A program made the translations under genes and the position numbers. This document shows positions 28,715-39,114 of a stretch of 64,000 bases of DNA, one piece after another. Below the pieces are notes generated by a model. It was given only the letters and a program-made list of their open reading frames with translations. It searched no databases and was not told where the DNA came from. The stretch is from Nitrospinaceae bacterium (GTDB lineage Bacteria; Nitrospinota; Nitrospinia; Nitrospinales; Nitrospinaceae), in assembly GCA_965237905.1 (NCBI GenBank), contig OZ250172.1, positions 544,001 through 608,000 on the forward strand, given 5' to 3'. Position 1 is the first letter of the stretch. The number at the start of each line of letters is the position of its first letter.

Positions 28715-29469
28715 CTAGAAATCGAGGTCCCACTCTTTAAGGTTTTCCAGAGCCTGGAAATGGGTGAGGTCGAAATGGATGGGGGTCACCGAAATATACT
28801 CCTCCGCCACCATTTCGCAGTCGGTGCCTTTTTCCACTTCATCGAACTTCATCTCCCCGGCCAGCCAGTAATAAGTCTCATTACGCGGATTCACCCGTTT
28901 ATCGAAGGTTTCAATGACGCGCGATTTCCCCTGACGAGTCACCACCGCACCTTTGATTTGATCTCTGGGGATGGCCGGTACGTTGACATTGAGCGACACC
29001 CCTTCGGGCAATCCATTTGCAATGACCAGGGGATATAACTTTTTGACAAACTCGACGGCAGGAGAAAAATCCTGAAACTCGAACGAATTGAGGGACACGG
29101 CAATGGCGGGCAACCCCATAATGGCCGCTTCCGTCGCCGCCGACACTGTGCCTGAATAAATGGCGCAGGTGCCTAAATTACCCCCTTGGTTGACCCGGAG
29201 ATCACCAGTTCGGGAGATTGGTCAAGCAGTTCGGTGACAGCGATTTTAACGCAATCGGCGGGTGTGCCGTTGACGGCATAGCCACGCAACTCGCCGCCCT
29301 CCTCGACTTTTCGGACCTTCAAAGGACTGGACAGTGTGATGGCATGCCCCACAGCGCTCTGCTCGGTTTCGGGAGCCACCACCAGGACATCAGCCACCTC
29401 GGCCAACCCCGCCCGTAGAGCCTGGATGCCCTTGGCGTAAAAACCGTCGTCATTGGTAATAAGAATCAT
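28715..29469 (-). pseudogene. surE: 5'/3'-nucleotidase SurE, frameshifted near 29195 (pseudogene or sequencing error)
   Basis: ILITNDDG and GTPADCV in the 5' ORF; NQGGNLG..YSGTVSAA.EA continues in another frame; one G is missing from TCC GGG GTC. Confidence 0.88.
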
Positions 29470-29519
29470 AAGAAAAGTGGCGAACCGCCACAGGTAATTT
29501 TAAAACCTGGATTCTTCGC

Positions 29520-29750
29520 GGAGTTTATCCTTGAGCAAAGCGAAGGGGGCTAGGGGGATTCCTTTTTGTAGTTGCTCGGTTCACCGAGCGCATTTAAACC
29601 GCCCCATGAATGGGGCAACTACAATTCTTATTTCCCCCTCACCTTAAACCGTCACCCCATGGGTGCTCCCCCAAGAGGAGAGGGAAAAATTAGCGCCGGG
29701 CCTTGCCCGGCCCCACCTGTATCCTCCCCTTAGTAAGGGGAGGAGTATAT
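29520..29750. repeat. cluster of REP-like palindromes including an inverted GTAG-type pair (29568..29622)
   Basis: GTAGTTGCTCGGTTCACCGAGC..GCCCCATGAATGGGGCAACTAC, plus CCTCCCCTTAGTAAGGGGAGG and other short palindromes. Confidence 0.65.
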
Positions 29751-29783
29751 TAGGTCCAGCGGTACGCTGGCCGGGCAGGAGGG

Positions 29784-30371
29784 TTAATTGTGACTTTTGA
29801 AATATGCCTGGGATTCTTTCGGCCCCGGCTTCATGGCATCTTCGCCTTTCTTCCAGTTGGCCGGGCAGACTTCTCCATTTTGTTCATGGTGCTGAAGCGC
29901 GTCTACCATGCGGACCGCTTCATCAATATTGCGTCCCAGCGGCAGATTGTTGACCAATGAGTGTTGGACGATACCGTCCTTATCGATCAGGAACAGACCC
30001 CGGAAAGCGATCCCGCCGTCCGCCAGCACACCGTAATCGGTGGAGATCGTTTTACCCAGATCAGCCACCAGAGCATAATCGATCTGGCCCAACCCGCCCA
30101 CTTTACGATCCGTGTTCCGCCAGGCCAGGTGGGAAAAATGACTGTCGACAGAAACACCGAGCACTTCCGTGTTGCGTTTTTTAAAATCATCAATTTGTGT
30201 GCTGAACGCGATAATCTCCGTTGGGCAGACAAATGTAAAATCCAATGGATAAAAGAACAGAATGACGTATTTTCCCTTGTAGTCGGACAACTGGATTTCC
30301 TTGAAACTCCCGTCCGGCATGACAGCCTGCGCCTTGAAATTGGGGGCAGGTTTCGCAACTAATGTCGCCAT
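29784..30371 (-). CDS. ahpC: 2-Cys peroxiredoxin (AhpC/Prx1)
   Basis: [13 protein letters not shown] and GEVCPANW. Confidence 0.93.
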   Translation of the reverse strand: MATLVAKPAPNFKAQAVMPDGSFKEIQLSDYKGKYVILFFYPLDFTFVCPTEIIAFSTQIDDFKKRNTEVLGVSVDSHFSHLAWRNTDRKVGGLGQIDYALVADLGKTISTDYGVLADGGIAFRGLFLIDKDGIVQHSLVNNLPLGRNIDEAVRMVDALQHHEQNGEVCPANWKKGEDAMKPGPKESQAYFKSHN

Positions 30372-30654
30372 ATTTTAAACTCCTCTAAGGTATGATCAAT
30401 GTTTCAAATGAAAATGAAGGGGTCTAATTTAGCACAAACCCTCTAGTACGTTCAAACCCTTGTTTCAGTAAAAAACCTTGGCCTCGGCGACACTGATAAT
30501 GGCACCCTTAGGTCCTTAAGGCCGAACTGGAGAATATCGATGAGTTTCTTGACAGCTCATCGGGAGGCACATAGAATGTTAATAAAGGTATTTTGATTGA
30601 CGGAACCCGACATCGCCCCTTTAGATGTCCTATCCCAGCCAGGGTTGCAAAAAA

Positions 30655-31554
30655 ATGGAATCTCGTGCCATCCAAAAAAGACTCAAAATCGCGCTCATAT
30701 TGGTATTTCTCGTTATGTGCGTGGAAGTCGCTGGCGGAATCATGGCTCACAGCCTGGCCCTGTTGAGCGACGCCGCACACATGCTGACGGATGTCTTCGC
30801 TCTCAGCCTGAGCCTGATGGCCCTCACCATTGCCGCCCAACCTTCGACCCGCACCAAAACCTTCGGATATCATCGGGTAGAGATTCTCGCCGCGCTGGCT
30901 AATGGTATTCTGTTGCTCCTGATGGCCCTGGGAATCCTATGGGAGGCCTACCGCCGTTTTACCAGCCCGCAGGAGGTACACAGCCTGATTGTAATCTCCG
31001 TGGCCACGGTCGGTTTGGCGACCAATCTGTGTGTCCTTTATTTCCTGAAGGACCCGGTTCATAACGCCCATAACCATGACCTGAACCTGAAGGGGGCTTT
31101 TTATCATGTAATCGGTGATTCCCTGGCGTCCGTCGCGGTGATTCTTGGCGGGGTAGCCATGTGGATAACCCAATGGTATGCACTGGACTCGATCATCGCG
31201 GCGGTGGTGGCGCTGGTGTTGATCTGGGGAGCACAGTCCATCATCCGCGATGCTTTTCACATTTTGCTGGAAGGTGTTCCCAAGGGAATTTCCATCCAGG
31301 AAGTGCAAAAGGAATTGACCTCCATTCCCGCGATCAAGGACATTCATGAATTGCATGTCTGGTCGATCTGTTCCAACATTTACGCCTTGAGCACTCATGC
31401 CCTGGTGAATGATCAGAAAGTCAACCAGGTGGAAATCATCCTGAAGGATATTGAATCCCTGCTGAAGGATAAATTTAACATTACGCATTCCACGATTCAG
31501 TTTGAATCCAACCCCTGTTCAGCAGCGGGCGTGGCGTGCGATATCAAGCATTAA
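30655..31554 (+). CDS. cation diffusion facilitator (CzcD/ZitB-like Zn/Co efflux)
   Basis: SLALLSDAAHMLTD, TFGYHRVEILAA, HVIGD, HELHVW, HSTIQ.E. Confidence 0.92.
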   Translation: MESRAIQKRLKIALILVFLVMCVEVAGGIMAHSLALLSDAAHMLTDVFALSLSLMALTIAAQPSTRTKTFGYHRVEILAALANGILLLLMALGILWEAYRRFTSPQEVHSLIVISVATVGLATNLCVLYFLKDPVHNAHNHDLNLKGAFYHVIGDSLASVAVILGGVAMWITQWYALDSIIAAVVALVLIWGAQSIIRDAFHILLEGVPKGISIQEVQKELTSIPAIKDIHELHVWSICSNIYALSTHALVNDQKVNQVEIILKDIESLLKDKFNITHSTIQFESNPCSAAGVACDIKH

Positions 31555-31562
31555 TAGAAACC

Positions 31563-32327
31563 ATGCGAATTCTGTTTTTGGGAACCGGCACCTCAACCGG
31601 TATCCCCAGCCTATGCTGTCCCTGCGATGTCTGCATATCGGACGATCCGCACAACAAGCGCCTCCGAGCCTCCGTTCTGATTCAGAACAACGGATTCAAT
31701 GTTCTGATCGACACCTCCACGGACCTCAGGCAACAATGCCTCCGGCACAACATTACGCAGATCGACGGAGTGCTGTACACCCACCATCACGCCGATCATG
31801 TACACGGCATCGACGAATTGCGGTGCTTCAACTTTTTCAACAAAACCGTCATCCCCTGTTACGGCAACCCAATGACCCTGTCCGCCATTCAGAAGAATTT
31901 TAGTTATATCTTCAACGGGGAAAAGCCGATGGGTGGCGGCGTGCCGAAACTCGACATGATCACCCTGGACAACGAACCCTTTTCCCTCGGCGGCGTGCAG
32001 GTCACTCCCGTCGATATCATCCATGGCAACATGACGATACTGGGCTACAAGGTCAACAACGCAGCTTATGTCACCGATTGCAGCGGTCTACCGGATAAAG
32101 CCAAAGAAATCCTGTCCGGGCTGGATGTCCTCGTCCTGAATGCTCTGGGTTTTGAACCGCATGCCACGCACTTTTGCCTGAGCGAGTCGCTGGAGGCTAT
32201 TGCCGGGCTCAAACCGAAACGGGCGATCCTCACTCATATCAACCACAAGTTCGATCACGAAACAGTCAGCCGGGATTTGCCGGATAATGTGGAGTTGGCT
32301 TACGACGGGTTGACGGTGGATTTGTAA
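31563..32327 (+). CDS. MBL-fold metallo-hydrolase (PhnP/YycJ-like phosphodiesterase)
   Basis: LGTGTSTGIP..C.C..C, THHHADHVHGIDE, AYDG. Confidence 0.88.
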   Translation: MRILFLGTGTSTGIPSLCCPCDVCISDDPHNKRLRASVLIQNNGFNVLIDTSTDLRQQCLRHNITQIDGVLYTHHHADHVHGIDELRCFNFFNKTVIPCYGNPMTLSAIQKNFSYIFNGEKPMGGGVPKLDMITLDNEPFSLGGVQVTPVDIIHGNMTILGYKVNNAAYVTDCSGLPDKAKEILSGLDVLVLNALGFEPHATHFCLSESLEAIAGLKPKRAILTHINHKFDHETVSRDLPDNVELAYDGLTVDL

Positions 32328-32618
32328 TCAGTCCAGATCAAAATCGCGGAGGGGTTTGGTGTCGTCGGATTTATCGACGTTCTTCTGCGCTTCCTTGAAT
32401 TTTTCTGCCAGGATGCGGGCCTTGTCTTTTTGCAGTTCCTTTTGTTTCTGGAACATGGACTGGCTCTCTTTCTGATGCTCGGCAAGATCATGGACCATAT
32501 CGGAGAGAGAGGAAAACTCTTTTTTCTTCTCCTCTTTCCAAAGCACCTCACCGGTTTTTTGATCCACCTGTATTTTGGCTTCGCAACAGGGGCATGTGAT
32601 TTCCAGTTTCGAGCTCAT
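32328..32618 (-). CDS. small conserved hypothetical protein with CPCC motif
   Basis: ITCPCC..VD..TG.V, coiled-coil, KPLRDFDLD end; AAGG RBS. Confidence 0.75.
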   Translation of the reverse strand: MSSKLEITCPCCEAKIQVDQKTGEVLWKEEKKKEFSSLSDMVHDLAEHQKESQSMFQKQKELQKDKARILAEKFKEAQKNVDKSDDTKPLRDFDLD

Positions 32619-32786
32619 GGTCCGGCCTTTCCCAAAAATAAGAGAACGAATAACAATTGACCCAGCAAAATTATAGCAGAAATTGAATGTCTTCAAAAGT
32701 CCCACTGGTGGAACCCTCGTTAAATTTAATATGGCATCTCTCCCTGCCCTTCCCTACAATAGCCTCTTTAAAATAGGGAACCCAGC

Positions 32787-33503
32787 ATGTCAGCACAGGG
32801 ATTGTTCATAACGGGAACGGATACCGGAGTCGGGAAAACCGTGGTCACCGCGGCGATTCTGGCCCATTTCCTACACCAGGGGAAAAAGGCCGGGGTCATG
32901 AAACCCATCGAAACCGGGGTGGACAGCGAGTGCAGTTCACCAGCCAATTCCGATGCGCTGTTTCTGATGCAATGCGGCGGCATCGAAGATGCTCTGGCGG
33001 AGATATGCCCTGTTCGTCTGAAGCCCGCCGCCTCGCCTTTCCAGGCAGCCCTCATCGAAAACCGCTCCATCCAACTGGAAACGATTCTGTCGGCCTACAA
33101 AAAACTTTCGGGCCAATACGATTGGATGCTGGTGGAGGGCATCGGCGGCGTACGCGTCCCTATCACCCGCGATTACGGAGTGGTGGAGCTGATACGCGAT
33201 CTGGGCTTGCCCGCGTTGGTGGTGGCACGTTATCAACTGGGAACCCTTAACCATACGTTGATGACTTTGGACACGCTGAAGCAAAACGGTATTCCGGTGA
33301 GAGGGGTCGTCTTCTGCCAGACCGAACCCGGGGCACCAGATGCCATCGAACAGGACCAACCCCGGTTGGTCGAGGAGTTGTCGGGAACTCAGATTCTGGG
33401 TACATTCCCGTATATCGACAACCTGAACACACAAAGTTTTTCTCCGGAGAAGTTGAAGGAATTGGAAGCGTCCGTCGACTTCTCAGGGTTAACCCAAAAT
33501 TAG
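32787..33503 (+). CDS. bioD: dethiobiotin synthase
   Basis: FITGTDTGVGKT, KPIETG, VEGIGG, LGTLNHT. Confidence 0.95.
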   Translation: MSAQGLFITGTDTGVGKTVVTAAILAHFLHQGKKAGVMKPIETGVDSECSSPANSDALFLMQCGGIEDALAEICPVRLKPAASPFQAALIENRSIQLETILSAYKKLSGQYDWMLVEGIGGVRVPITRDYGVVELIRDLGLPALVVARYQLGTLNHTLMTLDTLKQNGIPVRGVVFCQTEPGAPDAIEQDQPRLVEELSGTQILGTFPYIDNLNTQSFSPEKLKELEASVDFSGLTQN

Positions 33504-33515
33504 GAGACCGCTTTT

Positions 33516-34520
33516 ATGAATATAGATTGCTATGCCGCACAGGCCGCCAAAGCGCCGCTTGAAAAGTTCAATTACACCTCCCGCAATCTGGGTCCATGGG
33601 ACGTCGAAGTTAAAATCAGCCATTGCGGCATCTGCCATAGCGACACCCATCTGGTGGACAACGACTGGGGCATTTCCCAATATCCCCTGGTACCGGGACA
33701 TGAAATCGTCGGAACCGTATCGGCCATGGGTTCCTCAGTCAAACATTTGAAAGCCGGACAACGGGTGGGTATCGGCTGGCAGTGCTCCTCGTGCATGACC
33801 TGCGAATGGTGCATCTCCGGCAAGGAAAACCTGTGCCTGGAAATTGGAGGCACCTGCCTGGGGAATTATGGCGGTTTTGCCAAAGCTATCGTCGTTGACA
33901 GCCGGTTTGCCTTCGTTTTGCCTGACGGATTGGAGTCGGAAAATGCCGCGCCTCTGTTGTGCGGCGGCATCACCGTGTTCGCTCCCCTCATTCATTTTGA
34001 CATTCGTCCCGCCATGAAGGTCGGAGTGATCGGCGTCGGGGGTCTGGGACACCTGGCCCTGCAGTTTTACAAAGCCTGGGGATGCGAGGTAACCGCCTTT
34101 TCAGCCACCCCCGGAAAAGAAAAAGAGGCGAAAGATTTCGGCGCTCATCAGGTACTCAATTCAAAAGATCCAGAAACCCTGAAAGCCAATACCGCTACAC
34201 TGGATTTTATCATTTCGACGGTCCCGGCGGACCTCGACTGGGGAGCCTATCTCGACGTATTACGTCCGGAGGGCCAGTTGTGCATGGTGGGCATTCCGCA
34301 AAGCGCCATTTCCATCCCGGCGTTCCCCCTGATTGTGGCCCGGAAGTCGGTTCGTGGCAGTCCCATCGGCAGCCGGGGGGATATTGAAACCATGTTGGCC
34401 TTCGCGGCACGTCACGGAATCGAAGCCCAAACCGAATCATTCGCCATGAACGAGGTCAACCCTGCCATGGACCGGGTGCGGAACAATCAGGCCCGGTACC
34501 GCGTTGTTTTAAAAAACTGA
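33516..34520 (+). CDS. Zn-dependent NAD(P)H aldehyde reductase / alcohol dehydrogenase (Ahr/YahK-like)
   Basis: CGICHSD, GHEIVG, structural-Zn cysteines, APLLCGG, GVGGLG, ARYRVVL. Confidence 0.92.
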   Translation: MNIDCYAAQAAKAPLEKFNYTSRNLGPWDVEVKISHCGICHSDTHLVDNDWGISQYPLVPGHEIVGTVSAMGSSVKHLKAGQRVGIGWQCSSCMTCEWCISGKENLCLEIGGTCLGNYGGFAKAIVVDSRFAFVLPDGLESENAAPLLCGGITVFAPLIHFDIRPAMKVGVIGVGGLGHLALQFYKAWGCEVTAFSATPGKEKEAKDFGAHQVLNSKDPETLKANTATLDFIISTVPADLDWGAYLDVLRPEGQLCMVGIPQSAISIPAFPLIVARKSVRGSPIGSRGDIETMLAFAARHGIEAQTESFAMNEVNPAMDRVRNNQARYRVVLKN

Positions 34521-34618
34521 ACGGGCAGATAGACCTCAGGCAAAACTCCATTGCTTGACAATGCTTTCAATGGATGTCATGTTTTCGTAATCCGTTGACC
34601 GTTTGAAAGGAACCCCCT

Positions 34619-35143
34619 ATGAAAAAATGGTTCATGCTGACCCTGGTGGGACAAGACCGTCCCGGCATCGTCTCCCAAATCACCCGCGCATTGTATGAAG
34701 GCGAGTGCAACCTGGGGGAAGCATCCATGGTACGACTGGGCGGCAACTTTACCGTCATGCTCATGGTCCAGTTCGCGGGAAACGAACCCGCGCTGGATGA
34801 TTTGATCGGGCCGGTCTGCCGATCCTTTGACCTGCGCCATCATGTGGATGCGATTGAGGGTGAATTGTTGCACCACATGGAGCCGGACGTCCGCATCACC
34901 GTTTACGGGGCGGACCGGTCGGGTATCGTCGCAGAGGCCACGGGAACCCTGGCTGAAAAAGGATTCAACATCCTTAATCTGGAATCCGATGTCGGGGGCA
35001 CGGCGGAGAATCCCATCTATGTCATGACCATTGAGGGGGTCGCGGAACAGGGGATCGAGGTCCTCGAAGGAGCGCTTCAAAAACTGGCGCAGGAAAAGGG
35101 GTTGGAAACTCAATTGGAACCTATTGATACGCTGATCGGGTAA
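34619..35143 (+). CDS. tandem ACT-domain protein (GcvR-like)
   Basis: G.DRPGIV and GADRSGIV ACT motifs. Confidence 0.85.
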   Translation: MKKWFMLTLVGQDRPGIVSQITRALYEGECNLGEASMVRLGGNFTVMLMVQFAGNEPALDDLIGPVCRSFDLRHHVDAIEGELLHHMEPDVRITVYGADRSGIVAEATGTLAEKGFNILNLESDVGGTAENPIYVMTIEGVAEQGIEVLEGALQKLAQEKGLETQLEPIDTLIG

Positions 35144-35148
35144 GGTGC

Positions 35149-35673
35149 ATGGCTGTTCTTGATATATTGGTTTATCCCGATCCGCGATTGAAACAGATTT
35201 CAAAACCGGTGGCACAATTTGACGATTCCCTGCGACGCTTTATTCGGGACCTGGAAGAAACCCTACGAGCCGGGCCGGGGGGCGTCGGCATTGCCGCGCC
35301 GCAGGTCGGATACTTTGAGCGCATCGTGATTGTGGATGTCTCCTGTAAACCCAAGATCAAACACCACGGCCGGCTGGTCTTGATCAACCCGGAAATCCTC
35401 TCGCGGGAAGGGTCGGCGGTCGGACGCGAGGGATGCCTGTCCGTCCCCGAGTACATCGGGAACGTGGCCCGCGCCAAATTCATAACACTCCGAGCGCAGG
35501 ATGAATTCGGCGACTCACGCGAGTTTCAGATGGAGCGCTATGAAGCGCGAGCCGTCCAGCATGAAATAGACCATCTGGACGGGCTTTTGCTCCTCAACCG
35601 GCTGGTCAGCCGCCGGGATTTGTTCCGCCGTCAAACCCAGGAAGCAACTGCACCCAAACCCAAACCTGCCTGA
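35149..35673 (+). CDS. def: peptide deformylase
   Basis: GVGIAAPQVG, EGCLS, QHEIDHLDG. Confidence 0.95.
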   Translation: MAVLDILVYPDPRLKQISKPVAQFDDSLRRFIRDLEETLRAGPGGVGIAAPQVGYFERIVIVDVSCKPKIKHHGRLVLINPEILSREGSAVGREGCLSVPEYIGNVARAKFITLRAQDEFGDSREFQMERYEARAVQHEIDHLDGLLLLNRLVSRRDLFRRQTQEATAPKPKPA

Positions 35674-35922
35674 TTTATTTTCTGATACGACAAGCTATTC
35701 AAGAGTCCAGTGAGCAACCGCAAAGAATAAACAATCCGAGGCACGGATCTGAAAATCATTGAATTTCCTACTCTAACGCTCCCCTTCCCTGCCACCGGAA
35801 ACCACCCTTGTGCTTTTTCCTACGTTTGGACAACCCGATCCTGCCACAAAACCTGTGGCAATCTGAGAATGACCTGTTACATTAATAAGATAGAGTCAAT
35901 TCACATTTTCAGGATAAGAGTT

Positions 35923-36561
35923 ATGCAAAAAACCAAAGCGTTGGCATGGGCAGGCGGTCTTTTACTTTTGCTGGGAACCGCCGCAGGCTGTAATATTAAA
36001 AAAGCGGACACAGCTTTTCTGGACCTCAATACCAGAATACTCATCCACGAATCCAATCTGGGTGGCGGCAAGAACCTGGAGGTTTCCGTAGTGGACAAAA
36101 GAAGGCATAAAACCCTGATGAGGAGAGAATCAGAAAGAAAAATCAGATCCGGCCGGGCTTTGGTTGTAAAGGATTACCATCCATCTCTTCGAATAGATGC
36201 CAGCTTCCAAGAAACCGCCACCGAAGCTTTTCAATTGCAAGGATACCACACGGATGGCAAAGGTACCGGGAGCGCCCGGGAAGTAACCATCTACATCACC
36301 AAAATGGATCTTCGACTACGCAAGGAAAGAACTCGCTCGGGTTCTCTACCCAAAGTCCAGGCCCGGCTTCGCTCAAAAATGAAAGTGTCCGCCAAGAACC
36401 GAGGCATGGCTTACGGAAACGAATACGAGTTTTTCATCAAAAAATCCTACCAAGGCCCTCCTGAAAAACTAGAAACCGAAAAGGTTCTGAATTACGGTCT
36501 CACCCAGCTCCTGCACCAGATACTGGAAGATCCCAAACTCGCCCAATTTCTAACCAGCTAA
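35923..36561 (+). CDS. lipoprotein, YajG-like
   Basis: Lipobox AAGC; V.V.DKR; C-terminal LN..L..IL.DP.L..FL. Confidence 0.65.
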   Translation: MQKTKALAWAGGLLLLLGTAAGCNIKKADTAFLDLNTRILIHESNLGGGKNLEVSVVDKRRHKTLMRRESERKIRSGRALVVKDYHPSLRIDASFQETATEAFQLQGYHTDGKGTGSAREVTIYITKMDLRLRKERTRSGSLPKVQARLRSKMKVSAKNRGMAYGNEYEFFIKKSYQGPPEKLETEKVLNYGLTQLLHQILEDPKLAQFLTS

Positions 36562-36803
36562 AAATAGGACCCGCTCATTATCGCAATTTCACTGCCCTTT
36601 TTCTAAAAAGGAGTGGGCGCGTAAATGGATCCAAGGCATGGGTGTTGTCTTCAAAATTACCCCCTCTCGAAAATGCTTACTAATGACCTTTTCAAGAACA
36701 ACAAACCCGGTTAATTGTAGTAAACTACGGCCCGACCAAAAGGTTACCGAATAACTCCCTGTCCGAGTTTGATTCTGCATCTCACTTCCCAAGCGGGTAA
36801 GCC

Positions 36804-37484
36804 ATGACAAAAATAATCAACTTTCCTGAAGTCCTAAAAAGCGCCCATCAAAGAAGATTACCTTATCTATTGATGGGGACAATGCTCGGAGTATTCGTTT
36901 CACTTTCAGGATTTGGGTGTACCCATGATCACAAAATTAATCTCAATCCGGAAATATTCGTCCGCGTCAGCAACATCGGTAACGGTGAAAGGCTGGTAGT
37001 TCGAGTAAAGGATACACGTTCCCAAAAAGCTATTTCCAAAAAAGAAACCAACCTTAAAGTAATTTCGGATCGCGCGGTCGACACGGTCAACATCTATGCA
37101 TCCTCCAGCGTTCGCGATACCGTTTCGGATAAGATAATGGCGGGCTTTGAACGGATGGGTTTTCATCCATCCAAACATGGCAACAATTCCAACCGAATGA
37201 TCACCGTGGAGATATCCAAGCTTCAATTGAACTACCAGAGTGGGAAAGTAGGCATTAAAATCCCGGAAGTCCACGCTCAAATGGAAACAATCCTCCGGGT
37301 ACAGGCCAGCCATGGAGATCAATCCTTCAAAAATATTTACAGCTCCCGAATGACCAAATCTCACCGCGTGCTTACCGGGAAATTCAAAAACGAGCGCTTG
37401 GTGAACAATAGTCTTTCCATGGCTATTCAAAAAATATTCGACGACCCTGAACTACTCCAATTTCTTTTACCAGGCAAACCTTGA
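36804..37484 (+). CDS. lipoprotein, YajG-like (paralog of the upstream gene)
   Basis: Lipobox GFGC; V.V.DTR; C-terminal VN..L..IFDDPEL..FL. Confidence 0.65.
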   Translation: MTKIINFPEVLKSAHQRRLPYLLMGTMLGVFVSLSGFGCTHDHKINLNPEIFVRVSNIGNGERLVVRVKDTRSQKAISKKETNLKVISDRAVDTVNIYASSSVRDTVSDKIMAGFERMGFHPSKHGNNSNRMITVEISKLQLNYQSGKVGIKIPEVHAQMETILRVQASHGDQSFKNIYSSRMTKSHRVLTGKFKNERLVNNSLSMAIQKIFDDPELLQFLLPGKP

Positions 37485-37785
37485 CCCCGTTTCAAACCGT
37501 TATCTGATCCGCGGGGAATCATTCATAAGCCCAAATATTCTGGATCGCAAGGCACCTTAGCATTTAAAACTATTGAAATAACGTCATTAAAATCTGGTAC
37601 TTATTGCCAATCCAAAGGTATCGTGGTAATCTTAATCTTTGTAAATAATGAATTTATTCCTAATAGTTTTCAAAGAAAGGATTATTCCAAAGCTTCTGAA
37701 AACTTCAATTAAGCCATCTATTTGGATCGCGTGACCAAAGGATTTTAGGCCTGCATGACCACTGAATTTGAGAGGGAAAAAGCTC

Positions 37786-39114
37786 GTGAAGTATTCTCAA
37801 CTGACCTTTGACGATCCCAATTACAAGAATACCCCTCCCCACCTTCGGCGGGACCGGATTGTTTCCAAGCTGAAGGAAAGTTTCGATTTTGAAAACGCCC
37901 ACCTGCGCTCCTCGTCTAATGAGGGTCAAGGCGTCTTGTCAAAATGCCACGGGTATGAAGCCCCGGATCAAGCCAAGGATCTCGGCATTTACCCCTATTT
38001 CCGCGAAATTGAAGCCATGAACGGCGCCCACGTCACCATTGGGGGACGCGACGTCATAACGGTATCCAGCAACAACTACCTGGGTCTGACCAAGGACCCC
38101 CGAGTCATCGAAGCGGCCAAAAGCGCTTTGGAGAAATTCGGTACCGGGTGCACCGGCAGCCGGTTTCTCAATGGAACCCTGAGTCTCCACAAAAAACTGG
38201 GAAGCGACATCTCCCACTTCCTGCAGCGGGAAGACACAATCGTCATGTCTACCGGTTACCAGGCCAATCAGGGAACCATCGCCTGTCTGCTGGGCCGGAA
38301 AGACATTGCTTTTTCCGACCGGGAAAACCATGCCAGCATCTATGAAGGATGCGCGGTGTCTCCCGGTAAAACGGTACGTTACCGCCACAACGACATGGAT
38401 CATCTGGAGCACTGCCTGAAAAAATATAGCGGAGTCGAAGGCAAATTGATCATCACCGACAGCGTTTTCAGCATGAGCGGCGACATCGCGAACCTTCCGG
38501 GGATCGTCAAGCTGGCGCGGGATTACAAAGCCAGCGTTCTGGTGGATGAGGCCCACGGCATGGGGGTCATCGATGACGCCGGCCGGGGGGCCACGAGCTA
38601 TTACAACCTGGAAAAGGAAATCGACATCTATGTCGGCACTTTTTCCAAAAGCATGGGATCCATTGGCGGATTTGTTTCTGCACATCCTAAAGTCACCGAA
38701 TACATCCGGCACAAGGCTTCGGCGTTTATCTTTACGGCCGCGTTGCCGCCGGCCTCCGTCGCCGGTGTCAATACTGCTTTAAACATTATGATTCAGGAAC
38801 CGGAGAGGATTCGGCAACTTCATGACAATACCACCTACATGAAAAAAGGATTGTTCGGCATGGGATATCAAATCAACAACAATCCGGTTCCGATTATTCC
38901 CATCAAAATCGGAGACGAGGCATTGACGCTTTATTTCAACCAACTCCTGTTCGATCAAGGGGTTTTCGCGGGAGTTGCCGTGTCACCCGTGGTTCCGGCC
39001 TTCCACGCGATGATACGAACCAGCTTCACCTCTGCCCACACGCAGGAGGATATGGACCACGTTCTCCACACCTTCAAAACCATCGGAACCGATTTGGGCA
39101 TTATCCCTCAGTAA
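37786..39114 (+). CDS. spt: alpha-oxoamine synthase, probable serine palmitoyltransferase
   Basis: IYPYFR, SNNYLGL, GCTGSRFLNGT, DEAH, GTFSKS (PLP lysine); first gene of a ceramide-type operon; GTG start uncertain. Confidence 0.8.
   Translation: MKYSQLTFDDPNYKNTPPHLRRDRIVSKLKESFDFENAHLRSSSNEGQGVLSKCHGYEAPDQAKDLGIYPYFREIEAMNGAHVTIGGRDVITVSSNNYLGLTKDPRVIEAAKSALEKFGTGCTGSRFLNGTLSLHKKLGSDISHFLQREDTIVMSTGYQANQGTIACLLGRKDIAFSDRENHASIYEGCAVSPGKTVRYRHNDMDHLEHCLKKYSGVEGKLIITDSVFSMSGDIANLPGIVKLARDYKASVLVDEAHGMGVIDDAGRGATSYYNLEKEIDIYVGTFSKSMGSIGGFVSAHPKVTEYIRHKASAFIFTAALPPASVAGVNTALNIMIQEPERIRQLHDNTTYMKKGLFGMGYQINNNPVPIIPIKIGDEALTLYFNQLLFDQGVFAGVAVSPVVPAFHAMIRTSFTSAHTQEDMDHVLHTFKTIGTDLGIIPQ

Noticed and set aside
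31563..32327. PhnP of a C-P lyase pathway linked to pepM
   Set aside because: No phnG-M genes are in the window, and this MBL subfamily is widespread as a stand-alone gene.
35674..35920. Possible riboswitch or ncRNA in the intergenic region (TGCCACA..TGTGGCA palindrome)
   Set aside because: Only a short palindrome; no recognisable riboswitch consensus.
37786..39114. Calling this gene bioF because bioA and bioD are nearby
   Set aside because: The YPYFR and GTFSKS motifs and coupling to GNAT/reductase/CDP-alcohol transferase genes fit serine palmitoyltransferase better, and it is not co-transcribed with the bio genes. Not fully excluded without a phylogeny.
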